Shown here: positions 1 to 9,803 of the stretch, piece after piece
Layout: each line of letters opens with the position of its first letter
Position numbering within the stretch: position 1 is the stretch's first letter
Source: Ruminococcus sp.
GTDB lineage: Bacteria; Bacillota; Clostridia; Oscillospirales; Ruminococcaceae
DNA length: 64,000 nucleotides
Assembly (NCBI GenBank): GCA_045659945.1
Contig: JAZRCW010000010.1
Location: 60,884 to 124,883, forward strand
Direction: 5' to 3'
Position numbers and translations under genes: made by a program
Notes under the pieces: generated by a model
Seen by the model: only the letters and a program-made list of their open reading frames with translations
The model's database searches: none
What the model was told of the DNA's origin: nothing

Positions 1-355
1 TTCTCTGATAGAGGGCTTCAAGATGTACGTTGAGGAAGATTCACTTGCCCACAGATACGCAAAGGACTGCGGAATTGAAGTTGTACTCGATACAGTTTAT
101 GTCGGCGGAAAAAACGTGGATAAAGGCTTTATCGGCGTAGTTCTCGGTGCCGTTGCCGCTGTTATCCTTCTTATCGTCGGCATATTCACAGGCAAGAAAA
201 TCAAGGCAGGCAAAAAGGAAAAGGCTGCCGAAAAACGCAAGGCTGCCGCTGCAGAAAAAATAAAGGCTAAAAAGGAAGCCGAGGAAAAAGCTGAAAACTC
301 CGAAGAATATGAAAGCATAATCGAAAAGGAGGAAGCTTCCGATGAAAATGAATAA
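1..355 (+). CDS. C-terminal fragment of a BspA-type leucine-rich-repeat surface protein (5' end outside window)
   Basis: Frame is open from base 2. The tail has a TM helix (GVVLGAVAAVILLIVGIF), a Lys-rich stretch and ...EEYESIIEKE, and is paralogous to the C-terminus of the next ORF. Confidence 0.6.
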   Translation, partial: SLIEGFKMYVEEDSLAHRYAKDCGIEVVLDTVYVGGKNVDKGFIGVVLGAVAAVILLIVGIFTGKKIKAGKKEKAAEKRKAAAAEKIKAKKEAEEKAENSEEYESIIEKEEASDENE

Positions 356-1685
356 GCTTTTTTCCGCTGTAATGGCAGGCATATCGCTTCTTTCCATTAC
401 GGCAATGAACGGCTCCGCCTATTCAGGCAATCAGGTCAACGAGCCTCTTTCCGACGGTACTTTCGGTTACGAGCTCCGTGACGGCTCATATACTATTATA
501 AGCTGCTATGCTGACGCTATTGTTGAGGAAATCCCCGAACTCCGCAACGGCTATGCAGTTACCGCCATTGACGACAGAGCGTTGGCAAGCTGTACCAACA
601 TCAAAACCCTGTATATCCCCGATACTATTACTTCTATCGGTGATAACGCTTTTGCAGGCTGTGAATCGCTCAAAGAAATCCGACTCCCCAAAAAAATCAA
701 AAACATCGGCGACGGATTATTCATGGGCTGTACAAGACTTGAAAAAGTTGAAATCCCCGACGCAGTAAATACAATCGGCTCATACGCTTTCTATAATTGT
801 TCAAAGCTCACCGAAGTAGTTCTCCCCGGGGAACTTTCCACAATTGAACCCATGGCTTTTTCGGAGTGCAGCTCTATTGAAAATATTGACGCTTCAAAGT
901 GCAGCAGCTACGTTTTTGAGGACGGACTGCTTATGAACAAAAGCAAGACGAATATTGCCCGTGCCTCTGTTAAGCTTACAGGAGATGTTTACATCCCCGA
1001 CGGCATAACGACTATTGAGGCAGGCTCTTTCTCCGTCTGTGCAGGAATTGAAAATCTTTTCATTCCTTCCTCCGTTACTTATATCGGCGACGACGCTTTC
1101 GGCTACTGTGTAAATCTTAAAAATATTGACTTCTCCGAGGGATTACAAACAATCGCCCCTGTAGCTTTCAAAAACTGTACCTCCTTGCAGGCTCTTGATT
1201 TCCCCACAACATTACAGGAAATCGGCGACGGTGCTTTCTATAACTGTATATCACTCACCAGAGCAATTATCCCCGAGGGTACGCTGAAAGTGGGCGTGGG
1301 TGCATTTGTTGACTGTGCTGCTCTCAAAAATATGAGCATACCGAAAAGCGTTGCTGAAATCGGTGCTAACGCATTCGGATTCAAGCTTGACGAAACAGGC
1401 AACTACGTTAAAAAGGATGATTTCACTTTAAGCGTATTTTCAGGCACAGCAGGTGCTGACTATGCCAAGGACAGCAAGCTTGAATATTCCTACGTTGACA
1501 GGAATATCAAATCCACAGCCTTTATTATAGTTGCTGTCGGACTTATACTTGCGGCTGTTGTATTTGCCTTTGTACTTATGGCAAGAGGCAAAAAAAGTGC
1601 TTCTCTTTCCGCTAAAAAAGCCGATAAAAAGGCAAAGGCAAAGGAAGCGGAAGAAAATTACGAATCTATTATCGACAAAGAATAA
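342..1685 (+). CDS. BspA-like leucine-rich-repeat surface protein with signal peptide and C-terminal TM anchor
   Basis: N-terminal signal-like segment. Many ~23-aa repeats of the form IPDxITSIGDxAFxGCxSLKxI. C-terminal TM helix followed by a Lys-rich tail ending ENYESIIDKE. Confidence 0.8.
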   Translation: MKMNKLFSAVMAGISLLSITAMNGSAYSGNQVNEPLSDGTFGYELRDGSYTIISCYADAIVEEIPELRNGYAVTAIDDRALASCTNIKTLYIPDTITSIGDNAFAGCESLKEIRLPKKIKNIGDGLFMGCTRLEKVEIPDAVNTIGSYAFYNCSKLTEVVLPGELSTIEPMAFSECSSIENIDASKCSSYVFEDGLLMNKSKTNIARASVKLTGDVYIPDGITTIEAGSFSVCAGIENLFIPSSVTYIGDDAFGYCVNLKNIDFSEGLQTIAPVAFKNCTSLQALDFPTTLQEIGDGAFYNCISLTRAIIPEGTLKVGVGAFVDCAALKNMSIPKSVAEIGANAFGFKLDETGNYVKKDDFTLSVFSGTAGADYAKDSKLEYSYVDRNIKSTAFIIVAVGLILAAVVFAFVLMARGKKSASLSAKKADKKAKAKEAEENYESIIDKE

Positions 1686-1703
1686 CGGATTGGAGGAACA
1701 GAT

Positions 1704-2648
1704 ATGCAGGTAAAATTTCATCTCCCCGATTTTGCAAGCCAGTTCAAATTCAATCTTGTTTTTGCAACTATGCTGAAAAACTGCCCCCATTTTTTCCGTG
1801 AGGGCGTTGAAATAGCGTCGATATACGGCACTTTCCCACAGTCAATATGGAACGGCGGAAGAACTGTCCCAGGAAAATGCGGCACAGACTTTGCAGAAAT
1901 AGTTATGAGAACGCTCAACAAGCACGGTATCCCTTTGCGTTTTACCTTTACAAATCCCATGATTGAGGAAAAGCATCTCGGGGATAAATTCTGCAATGAT
2001 ATTCTGAAACTTGCAGATAACGGCATGAACGAGGTTATTGTAAACTCCGCTCTCCTTGAAGATTATATCAGAACGACATATCCGAATTATAAAATTACAA
2101 GCTCCACCTGCAAGCGTATAACAGAGCCAGACAAGCTTATTGAGGAAATCGAAAAGGATTACAGCATTGTTGTACTTGACTACGATTTCAACAACAAGTT
2201 CGATTTTCTCGAAACTCTCCCACACAAGGAGAAAATGGAAATCCTCATCAATGCCTGCTGTGATCCTGCCTGCCCGAGAAGAACGGAGCACTATCGTATT
2301 CTTGGAATGCAGCAGATTGCCGTATGTGAACACATGGCAAAAAAGAATGCGGAAAGATTTAATTTAAGGGATTACGGCGTTCCTGATATGCAGTGCAAAT
2401 GTGCCGACAGAACTATTTTCGACGTAACAAAATTAAGCACATACGTTTCACCCGAGGATATCTGGGAAAAGTACGTGCCTATGGGATTCAATCAGTTCAA
2501 GATTGAGGGCAGGACAACTCCCCGACTCAATCTCCTTGAAACATATCTCCACTATATGATAAAACCCGAACACAGGGACGAGGTGCGTTTTATGCTTCTC
2601 TATAACCTTGAAAAAAATGGGGTTGTACGTATTGAGGGAAATAACTGA
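1704..2648 (+). CDS. Conserved hypothetical protein, possibly peptidase-U32-like TIM-barrel family
   Basis: 314-aa ORF starting 18 nt after the previous stop. FKIEGR motif near the C-terminus resembles the U32 (PrtC-like) signature, and there is a Cys cluster CCDPACP. Function is uncertain. Confidence 0.55.
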   Translation: MQVKFHLPDFASQFKFNLVFATMLKNCPHFFREGVEIASIYGTFPQSIWNGGRTVPGKCGTDFAEIVMRTLNKHGIPLRFTFTNPMIEEKHLGDKFCNDILKLADNGMNEVIVNSALLEDYIRTTYPNYKITSSTCKRITEPDKLIEEIEKDYSIVVLDYDFNNKFDFLETLPHKEKMEILINACCDPACPRRTEHYRILGMQQIAVCEHMAKKNAERFNLRDYGVPDMQCKCADRTIFDVTKLSTYVSPEDIWEKYVPMGFNQFKIEGRTTPRLNLLETYLHYMIKPEHRDEVRFMLLYNLEKNGVVRIEGNN

Positions 2649-2652
2649 CAAT

Positions 2653-2681
2653 AAAGGGTATCGCAACCTGCGATACCCTTT
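2653..2681. terminator. Bidirectional intrinsic terminator between convergent genes
   Basis: 12-bp stem aaagggtatcgc / gcgatacccttt with a 5-nt loop, flanked by a T run on the plus strand. Lies between the stop at 2648 (+) and the stop at 2688 (-). Confidence 0.7.
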
Positions 2682-2687
2682 AATTTT

Positions 2688-4547
2688 TTATTCTGTTACT
2701 TCGGGAAGCTTTGTTATAAGCTTTGCATCAAATTTCTGAACTGCAAGAGCGTCAGCGGCTGTAATGCCGTCGCCAGGATTGCAGCAGTCAGCGTTTGCTG
2801 CTCCCTTTTCTGTAAGAGAATATTTGTCTGCGTTGCCTATAGTCTGATAAATTGCCGCAGCATCTGCAATTGTTACAGCACCGTCACAGTTAGCGTCACC
2901 AATCAATGTATTTGGAGCTGTTGTAGTAACAGGCTTTGCTGCTGTTGTAGTCTTAACAGGCTCCGTTGTGGAAGCTGTAGTAGGCTTAGCTGTTGTTGTA
3001 ACAGGCTTTGTTGCAGGAGTTCCGGGATTTTCACCCTTTGAACCGCCGTCAATGTTACTTCCCTCGCTTGCAGCGTAATTTGTATAATAATCATTGAGGG
3101 AGATACCATTAACACCAAGTGCAACTTCATGGTCAAGTCCGATATACTTTCCGCTTGTCTGTGTCTGCCACAGCGAAGGCTCGAAAAGTCCGTACTTTTC
3201 ATCGTCCCATGTCTTGAAGTCAACGCCGATAAGTCCGCCTGTATCGCCCGAGTTGGGGTTAAGGCACCAGAATGTATGGCTGATGTGGTTGTCAATCATA
3301 TAATCACGAAGCAGCTCCATCCACTTCTGATTCTTGCCGCCGTCCATATGTCCGCCCCATTCACCAATAAGCAGGGGTGCAATATCTTCCTCTACAATAT
3401 ATGCCCATGTGTCATACCAGTAATCGTCAAGGAGAGTCTGTGTTGTGAAGTCCTTGTCAAACCATGTCTGTGCGTAAACTGACGGACCGTAATCGTGGGG
3501 AGAGTAGACAATCTGGCTTGTACCGCTGTCGGGGATTACAGGATAATCTCTTACACCACGGAGATTTCCGCCCCACCATGCACCGTACCAAGGGGATTTA
3601 TCAGCAGGAGCGTCCCAGATATCGGGGGTATCATATGTATAGCCTGCCTCTGTTTTTGGATACTGCTCAACGCCCTCGATGAAAATGAGTGCATTGGGAT
3701 TTACATCAAGAATAGCATTTGCACATTTTGTAGCTGCATGTGCCCAGTTGTTTTCGTCTGTAGAGCCGTCCCATTTTGCAATATTATCGGGACAGGAATC
3801 GCCTGTATATCCACGCTTTCCGTGAGGCTCATTTTTAAGGTCGTAGCCAATAAGTGTATCATCATTCTTGTATTTGTCAGCAAGCCATACAAGTGACTCA
3901 ATCCACACATCTGTGGTAACACCAGCAAGACCGTACCAGATTTCATAGTTATGACCGGAGTTGTTTGCGTCGGGGCTGTGAATATCAATAAATGCCTTGA
4001 TACCGTACTTTTTGCACTTCTGCATAATGATATCGAAGATTTCCATTGAGTTTTTCAGAGTCTTTCCGTCCTCAAGAACAAAATCTCTGTTGATATCGCC
4101 GTACTTACCTGCTGGAGTGATAGTGCCGTCCTCGCCTACAACATCCTGCGGAGGATTGTAGGAAGCCTGTACAGAGCTTACAGGATTAGGTGAGCCCTCC
4201 ATCCATGAAACAAGAAGCTCCGAGGAAATGGGGAAGCGGATTACGTTTATACCGTGGTCAGCAACGCCCTTGAGGAAGTCGTCAACGTCACAGGCATAAA
4301 GACCGTGTGCACAGTTTTCAGAGCAGTTGAAGCCGAACCAGTTTGCACCTGTAAGCCATACCTCATTGCCGTTCATGTCGTAAAGGCGGCTGCCCTCTGC
4401 GTGGAGCCAGTCGTCGTTATTTGTATCTACGGCTTGGGCTGTATCTTTTGGTGCGGTGAGAAGTGTATTCACGGCTGATGATGTTCCTGTAAGGGTTATA
4501 GCTGCCGCCGAAGCCATAGCCGCAAGGACTCTTGTAAATTTCTTCAT
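2688..4547 (-). CDS. Glycoside hydrolase family 5 endoglucanase (cellulase) with Pro/Thr linker and C-terminal dockerin
   Basis: Signal peptide. GH5 catalytic motifs LKNEPHG and IGEWGG. TTTAKPTTASTTEPVKTTTAAKPVTTT linker. Two dockerin Ca-binding repeats: GDANCDGAVTIADAAAIYQ and NADCCNPGDGITAADALAVQKF. Confidence 0.9.
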   Translation of the reverse strand: MKKFTRVLAAMASAAAITLTGTSSAVNTLLTAPKDTAQAVDTNNDDWLHAEGSRLYDMNGNEVWLTGANWFGFNCSENCAHGLYACDVDDFLKGVADHGINVIRFPISSELLVSWMEGSPNPVSSVQASYNPPQDVVGEDGTITPAGKYGDINRDFVLEDGKTLKNSMEIFDIIMQKCKKYGIKAFIDIHSPDANNSGHNYEIWYGLAGVTTDVWIESLVWLADKYKNDDTLIGYDLKNEPHGKRGYTGDSCPDNIAKWDGSTDENNWAHAATKCANAILDVNPNALIFIEGVEQYPKTEAGYTYDTPDIWDAPADKSPWYGAWWGGNLRGVRDYPVIPDSGTSQIVYSPHDYGPSVYAQTWFDKDFTTQTLLDDYWYDTWAYIVEEDIAPLLIGEWGGHMDGGKNQKWMELLRDYMIDNHISHTFWCLNPNSGDTGGLIGVDFKTWDDEKYGLFEPSLWQTQTSGKYIGLDHEVALGVNGISLNDYYTNYAASEGSNIDGGSKGENPGTPATKPVTTTAKPTTASTTEPVKTTTAAKPVTTTAPNTLIGDANCDGAVTIADAAAIYQTIGNADKYSLTEKGAANADCCNPGDGITAADALAVQKFDAKLITKLPEVTE

Positions 4548-4623
4548 AAGTTTTTCCCTCTCTCAGATGTATGATTTGCTCAAATTATTATTATCCCTTT
4601 AAGAGCACACATCTGTTAATTAC

Positions 4624-4652
4624 ATACTAACATTTTTTTGCGATTTTGTCAA
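4624..4652 (-). promoter_or_regulatory. Putative sigma-70-type promoter of the GH5 gene
   Basis: On the minus strand: TTGACA, 17-nt spacer, TAGTAT with a TGn extended -10. Lies about 75 nt upstream of the start codon. Confidence 0.5.
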
Positions 4653-4755
4653 CACTAACAGCCATTTTTTGCTGTTTTTGCAGATATTTTATTTTTATAT
4701 ACAGTATTGGTAATAGCAGAAACAAAAGAAGACGGAAAATATTCATCTGAAAAAA

Positions 4756-6177
4756 TCACTCACCTAAAATATACACCTTGTTTATACGGCTTATATCTTT
4801 TCCGATGTAATACGTTTCATTTGGTATATTGTCTGAAATTTCTCCGCCGAAAAAGTATACATCGTTTACAGTACAGTTTTCTAAAATGGCAATTTTTCCA
4901 TTGGCTTTGCTGATACTATGGAAAATATACTCCTCACCGCTGAGATAATCCATGCCCGGCTCAAAATCGGCTCTGAAAATCTCAAATGCCGCACCAAGCT
5001 CGGGGATAATATACATTCCGCTTTTACCCGTTGGCTGATGAATAAGAATGTTATCTCCTGCCGCATAACAGGCATAGTTACTTCCGTATGAAGTAAGGTC
5101 GATTATATAACGCTCCATTTTTTCAAAATCATAGGTGTAAAGTATGGTGGACAGGCTGTCCTGCATCATATATGTCGCCCTCTTGTCTGATACAGCCTCA
5201 AGGCTTGCAGAACGCAGTCCCGTATCAAGAGTAAAACGGCTGCACTCTGTGAAAAGCGTCTTGTTCTTTTCATAGCTTGTCACAAACTCGCCATTATAAG
5301 GTATAAAACTGCCGTATTTCGGCGGCTCCTTTTCCTCCCAGTTACCGCCGTTATATTCGTAAAAATGCAGTTCGGAACCTATTTCTGTATAGGATATATA
5401 TGCTGTAATCAGTCTGTTGTCACCTGTCTGATAAAATCCCTGTATATACCAGCTGTCATCATGTGGCTCAAACGATAATTCAAGTGTATTTGTTTCCGTA
5501 TCTGCCCTGAATATGCCATTTGAAGATTCATATACATAACCTTCTAAAAGGCTGTAATTGCCGATAACCCATAATTCACCGTCATAGTACGCCATATCAT
5601 TTACCATAAAACTCTCATCGGTATTGGAATAAGTGAATATGCACTCATTTTCCTTTGTTTCGGGATTACAGCGGTATATTTCAAAGTCGTGAATACTGTA
5701 TTTACAGCATTTGTCATATTTCGCCACATAGTAAATATTTTCGCCGTCAGTAGCCGTACACTCTATGGAGGGGTAAACAGGCTTATCAAGCAGCGGCTCG
5801 TACAGCTTCATATATTCTTCTGCATATTCCTCGGGAGTCATATCAAAATTTTTTGCGTCGCTTTCATAATATGGCAGAATTTTTTCTATGCTTCTGTTTT
5901 CGGGCAAGGCACATACTGAAACTTTCGGCTCAAATTCAATCCACGACAGGTCGTACTCATTCAACTCAACAGGCGGTGCTGTCTGCTGTTTATTCAGATT
6001 TACTTTGATATCCGTAAAATCCTCCGCTTTGTAGTCTCTGAACGGAATTTCAGCCTCTGTTACTTCCTCGGATTGGATAACGTCTGTGTTGCCTTTGCTG
6101 TCGTTTTTATTTTCCTCGCAGGAAATAAGGCTGCATAAAGCTGCAAGTGATGTTAAAAATACAATCGTCTTTTTCAT
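4756..6177 (-). CDS. Hypothetical lipoprotein
   Basis: Lipobox-type N-terminus MKKTIVFLTSLAALCSLISC. 473 aa, rich in Tyr/Asp/Glu (beta-rich repeat-like). No recognisable catalytic motif. Confidence 0.7.
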   Translation of the reverse strand: MKKTIVFLTSLAALCSLISCEENKNDSKGNTDVIQSEEVTEAEIPFRDYKAEDFTDIKVNLNKQQTAPPVELNEYDLSWIEFEPKVSVCALPENRSIEKILPYYESDAKNFDMTPEEYAEEYMKLYEPLLDKPVYPSIECTATDGENIYYVAKYDKCCKYSIHDFEIYRCNPETKENECIFTYSNTDESFMVNDMAYYDGELWVIGNYSLLEGYVYESSNGIFRADTETNTLELSFEPHDDSWYIQGFYQTGDNRLITAYISYTEIGSELHFYEYNGGNWEEKEPPKYGSFIPYNGEFVTSYEKNKTLFTECSRFTLDTGLRSASLEAVSDKRATYMMQDSLSTILYTYDFEKMERYIIDLTSYGSNYACYAAGDNILIHQPTGKSGMYIIPELGAAFEIFRADFEPGMDYLSGEEYIFHSISKANGKIAILENCTVNDVYFFGGEISDNIPNETYYIGKDISRINKVYILGE

Positions 6178-6393
6178 TGTAAGTCCTCCTTTTTTGCGTT
6201 GTCAATCTGCATAAAAATATCCGCAGATTTTAGACATAATCAACAATTAAAAGGCTGTAGTTATACCCTTCTATATATAAGTGATTTTAAAGGGCAAAAA
6301 AGTCAAAGTTTTTCAAGTTAAAAAATAAAAATTTATCAGAATTAAGAATCCTGTTGTTATTTTTATTATACCCCTAATATTATATGATGTCAA

Positions 6394-6439
6394 TACAGCG
6401 TATCGTATGAAAAAAATACAGCGTATCGTATGAAAAAAA
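6394..6439. repeat. Perfect tandem duplication, 2 x 23 bp (tacagcgtatcgtatgaaaaaaa)
   Basis: Two identical adjacent 23-mers read directly from the sequence. They end 7 nt upstream of the -35 box of the tagF-like operon promoter. Confidence 0.95.
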
Positions 6440-6446
6440 CCGAATA

Positions 6447-6475
6447 TTGACATCCACCCACATATATGCTATAAT
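6447..6475 (+). promoter_or_regulatory. Consensus sigma-70-type promoter of the tagF-tagG-tagH-like operon
   Basis: TTGACA (6447-6452), exact 17-nt spacer, TGcTATAAT extended -10 (6467-6475). The start codon is about 55 nt downstream. Confidence 0.75.
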
Positions 6476-6529
6476 ATTGAGGATAATAAAGGAAGAAGAT
6501 AAACCGATTGAGAGAAAGGAAATGACATA

Positions 6530-8230
6530 ATGATAAGTAAAGTAACAGACAGCATTTTCAGACGCTTCATCGCTCACGATTACGCAATGGCAATGCAGCT
6601 TGATACCGAAAGAAACAAGGTTATCTGCTGTGATTTCATTGTTGAAGCTGACACCTCTCCGCAGGACGAATTTGAGCTTTTCAAATACCTCTACAAAAAC
6701 GGCAGAGAGCATTTCGAGCCTTATTATATAATCAACGAAAAATGTGCCGCTTACGCTGAAATAAAGGCGGAATACGGTGATAATATCATAGAATATTCAC
6801 CCGAAAAAATAAGGGAATTTGCCCTTAAACTGAAAGAACTTTTCAAAACGGTGAAATTTATCTGCGGCGGATTTCAGGTGCTTCACTCCCTCCGCCTTGG
6901 AATAACCGAAGCTGTAAAACGCAGCCCCTATGTCTATTCAATCTTCACACAGCACGGCATTACTTTCTTCAAGGACGATTTCATTTCACAGGAGTCATAC
7001 AGTTCATTTCTTTTCGACAAGCTTATGATAAGCAACGATTTTGAAAAGGAAATCTTCATGAATCGTGGCTGCTATGCAGAGGAAAATCTCATAAAAAACG
7101 GACTTTTCCGCTGGGATTTACTCAGTGCTGACAATGCCGTTTCCGAAAAGTCAATTTTCATATACTTTACTCACCGCCGATATCTCAAAAATATCGAGGA
7201 ATCGGAGCTTAAAGATACTGTATATATAAAGACTATTCTCGGACTTCTTGAAAATCCCCGATTTAAAAAATTCGTGGAGGATAACGGCTATACCCTTAAA
7301 GTTGCACTCCACCACAGCGTATTGAAATCCTGCGGCAGTGGTCTTCTTGACGGGGTAAAAATTCTTGTTGATGATGAAATTGCAGACGCTAAAAAAAGCT
7401 CGGCTATACTCATCACCGACTATTCCTCAATGTGCTTTGAGATGTGGTTCCAGCACAAGCCCTCTATATTCCTCAATATTCCCGACGGTGAGGACTGCAT
7501 AAAATACGGTCACAAAACCGACCTTGCAGACCCATATGGTCCAAAGAGGGAATATATCTTCAACATCGTTGATACCGTTGAAGAATGTATGGATAAGTTA
7601 GAGGACTACCACAATACTGGCTTTAAACTTAAACCCGACGAAAAGAAAAAGCGTGACGCATTTTTCTATTACAACGGCGATTTCCGCAAGCGTTTTTACG
7701 AGTACCTCGTATCTATGAAAAAAAGCGTTAAAAAGCTTTATCAGATGCCTGTGAATACTACCGTAAGCCTTGCAAGATATCCCGAAATAGAGATATACAG
7801 CGTAGAAATGCCCACGGCAGAGGGACGCTGGATTGTCCGCAAAAAAGCTTTTCTTCGCTTCTTTGTACCCAAGTGGGACAAAGGGCTTTCAATACAGCTT
7901 TCATATGAACCCTTACTTGTCGGCAAACAGAATAACATCGGTGTAAAAGTGTTTGCAAATGGCAATATAGTATGCGAAAAAACTGTCGCAAAGCAGGAAA
8001 TCGGACATCTTACCTTTGACGTTCCTGCGGAATATATCGGCTCCGACGGCAAGCTTGAAATAGGCTTCAGAATATCCGGAGTATACCCCCATAACAAGCT
8101 TGACGAAAACTTCCCCCATGACCCACATTGCCGTTCTCTGCGTCTTAAAGATATGGATATATATGAAAAATCAGACAAAACAGCTGATACACTGAAATCT
8201 CTGCGTAATGCAAGAGAAAACAAATCGTAA
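6530..8230 (+). CDS. CDP-glycerol glycerophosphotransferase family protein (TagB/TagF-like) with extra C-terminal domain
   Basis: Family-typical ILITDYSSMCFEMWF motif and surrounding GT-B-like region. About 150 extra C-terminal residues of unknown function. Confidence 0.75.
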   Translation: MISKVTDSIFRRFIAHDYAMAMQLDTERNKVICCDFIVEADTSPQDEFELFKYLYKNGREHFEPYYIINEKCAAYAEIKAEYGDNIIEYSPEKIREFALKLKELFKTVKFICGGFQVLHSLRLGITEAVKRSPYVYSIFTQHGITFFKDDFISQESYSSFLFDKLMISNDFEKEIFMNRGCYAEENLIKNGLFRWDLLSADNAVSEKSIFIYFTHRRYLKNIEESELKDTVYIKTILGLLENPRFKKFVEDNGYTLKVALHHSVLKSCGSGLLDGVKILVDDEIADAKKSSAILITDYSSMCFEMWFQHKPSIFLNIPDGEDCIKYGHKTDLADPYGPKREYIFNIVDTVEECMDKLEDYHNTGFKLKPDEKKKRDAFFYYNGDFRKRFYEYLVSMKKSVKKLYQMPVNTTVSLARYPEIEIYSVEMPTAEGRWIVRKKAFLRFFVPKWDKGLSIQLSYEPLLVGKQNNIGVKVFANGNIVCEKTVAKQEIGHLTFDVPAEYIGSDGKLEIGFRISGVYPHNKLDENFPHDPHCRSLRLKDMDIYEKSDKTADTLKSLRNARENKS

Positions 8231-8243
8231 TAGGGAGTCGGGA

Positions 8244-9032
8244 ATGATAAATAGTATAAAAGAACAGATTAATAAGATAAAGAAATATCAGTTCCTGTTT
8301 TCGGAGCTTGTAAAGCGTGATTTCAAGAAAAAATACAAGCGTACCGTTCTCGGTATGCTGTGGAGTGTTCTCTCGCCCCTCATGCAGCTTGCTGTTATGG
8401 CGATAGTATTCACTAAATTTTTCGGACACAATACGGAGCATTATATCATATACCTCTTTTCGGGAAATCTTGTATTTTCATTCTTTAAGGAAGCTACAAA
8501 CGGTGGTATGCACGCACTTATGCAAAATGCCAACATCATAAAGAACATCAACGTACCCAAATATCTGTTTATGATATCAAAGGAAGTATCGGCGTGTATA
8601 AATTTCGGGCTTACGCTGATAATCTACTTCCTTTTCGTGGCAATTGACGGCATACCATTTTCGTTTAAATTCCTCACTCTGCTGTATCCTATAGCCTGTC
8701 TGCTCATATTCAACATCGGTGTGGGATTTATTTTATCAGCAATGTTTGTGGTTTTCAAGGACGTACAGTATCTCTACGAGATATTCACACAGCTTCTTAT
8801 GTACGTATCCGCAATATTCTATAATATAAATGTATATCCCGAAAAAATACAGATGATATTCTTTGCAAACCCTGTATACAGCTATATTGCGTATTTCCGA
8901 AGTGTTGTCCTCAACGGCGTTATTCCGCCGCTGTGGCATCATCTGCTCTGTTTAGGCTATGCGTTTACTATGCTTATAATCGGCATGGTAATATACAAGA
9001 AGAACAACTACAAGTTTATGTACTATATCTGA
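8244..9032 (+). CDS. ABC-2 type polysaccharide/teichoic-acid export permease (TagG-like)
   Basis: Six predicted TM helices. N-terminal LVKRDFKKKYKRTVLGMLWSVLSPL is typical of ABC-2 exporters. The ATG at 8244 follows a GGGAG RBS and lies after the tagF-like stop (the track start at 8208 overlaps it). Confidence 0.85.
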   Translation: MINSIKEQINKIKKYQFLFSELVKRDFKKKYKRTVLGMLWSVLSPLMQLAVMAIVFTKFFGHNTEHYIIYLFSGNLVFSFFKEATNGGMHALMQNANIIKNINVPKYLFMISKEVSACINFGLTLIIYFLFVAIDGIPFSFKFLTLLYPIACLLIFNIGVGFILSAMFVVFKDVQYLYEIFTQLLMYVSAIFYNINVYPEKIQMIFFANPVYSYIAYFRSVVLNGVIPPLWHHLLCLGYAFTMLIIGMVIYKKNNYKFMYYI

Positions 9033-9045
9033 TACGGAGGAGAAA

Positions 9046-9801
9046 ATGAAGAAAATTGAGCTTAATAACATCTCCGTATCGTATATAACAGGAGATTTTT
9101 CCACTACAGGGCTTAAAGATGTAATAATCCAGAAGCTTAAAAGAACATATGTTAAAAAGGAATTTCTCGCTTTGCAGGGCATAACTTTTTCCCTTGAACA
9201 GGGTGAGCTGCTTGGAATTATCGGCACAAACGGTGCAGGAAAATCCACTCTCTGCAAGGTAATATCAGGTATTATGCGTCCTACAGAGGGCACTATGTCG
9301 GTAAAGGGAAGTATCGCTTCACTCCTTGAACTTGGCACAGGCTTCGACCCCGACCTTACGGTAAAGGAAAATGCTTTTCTCCGTGGTGCGTTGCTTGGAT
9401 ATACCAGAGAGTTCATGAACAAGACCTATGAAAGCATAATTGAATTTGCGGAGCTTAAAGAATTTGAGGACAGAAAATTCAGCCACCTTTCCTCGGGTAT
9501 GAAATCAAGGCTTGCTTTTTCCATAGCCTGTCTTGTAAATCCCGAAATACTCATACTTGACGAGGTGCTTTCTGTAGGCGACGGAGCATTCCGCAAAAAG
9601 AGCGAAGCAAAAATGCTTGAAGTAATTCAGGGCGGTGCAACAACTATTCTCGTTTCCCACAGCCTTGCACAGATAAGACGAATGGCAACAAAAGTGCTGT
9701 GGATTGAAAAGGGAAAACAGATTGATTTCGGTGAAACGGAAGAAATCTGCGATAAGTACGAAGAATTTTTAAACAACAGAGACTCAAAGAAAAGGAAGTA
9801 G
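9046..9801 (+). CDS. ABC transporter ATP-binding protein (TagH-like)
   Basis: Walker A GTNGAGKST, signature LSSGMKSRL, Walker B ILILDE. Follows the permease gene. Confidence 0.9.
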   Translation: MKKIELNNISVSYITGDFSTTGLKDVIIQKLKRTYVKKEFLALQGITFSLEQGELLGIIGTNGAGKSTLCKVISGIMRPTEGTMSVKGSIASLLELGTGFDPDLTVKENAFLRGALLGYTREFMNKTYESIIEFAELKEFEDRKFSHLSSGMKSRLAFSIACLVNPEILILDEVLSVGDGAFRKKSEAKMLEVIQGGATTILVSHSLAQIRRMATKVLWIEKGKQIDFGETEEICDKYEEFLNNRDSKKRK

Positions 9802-9803
9802 GT

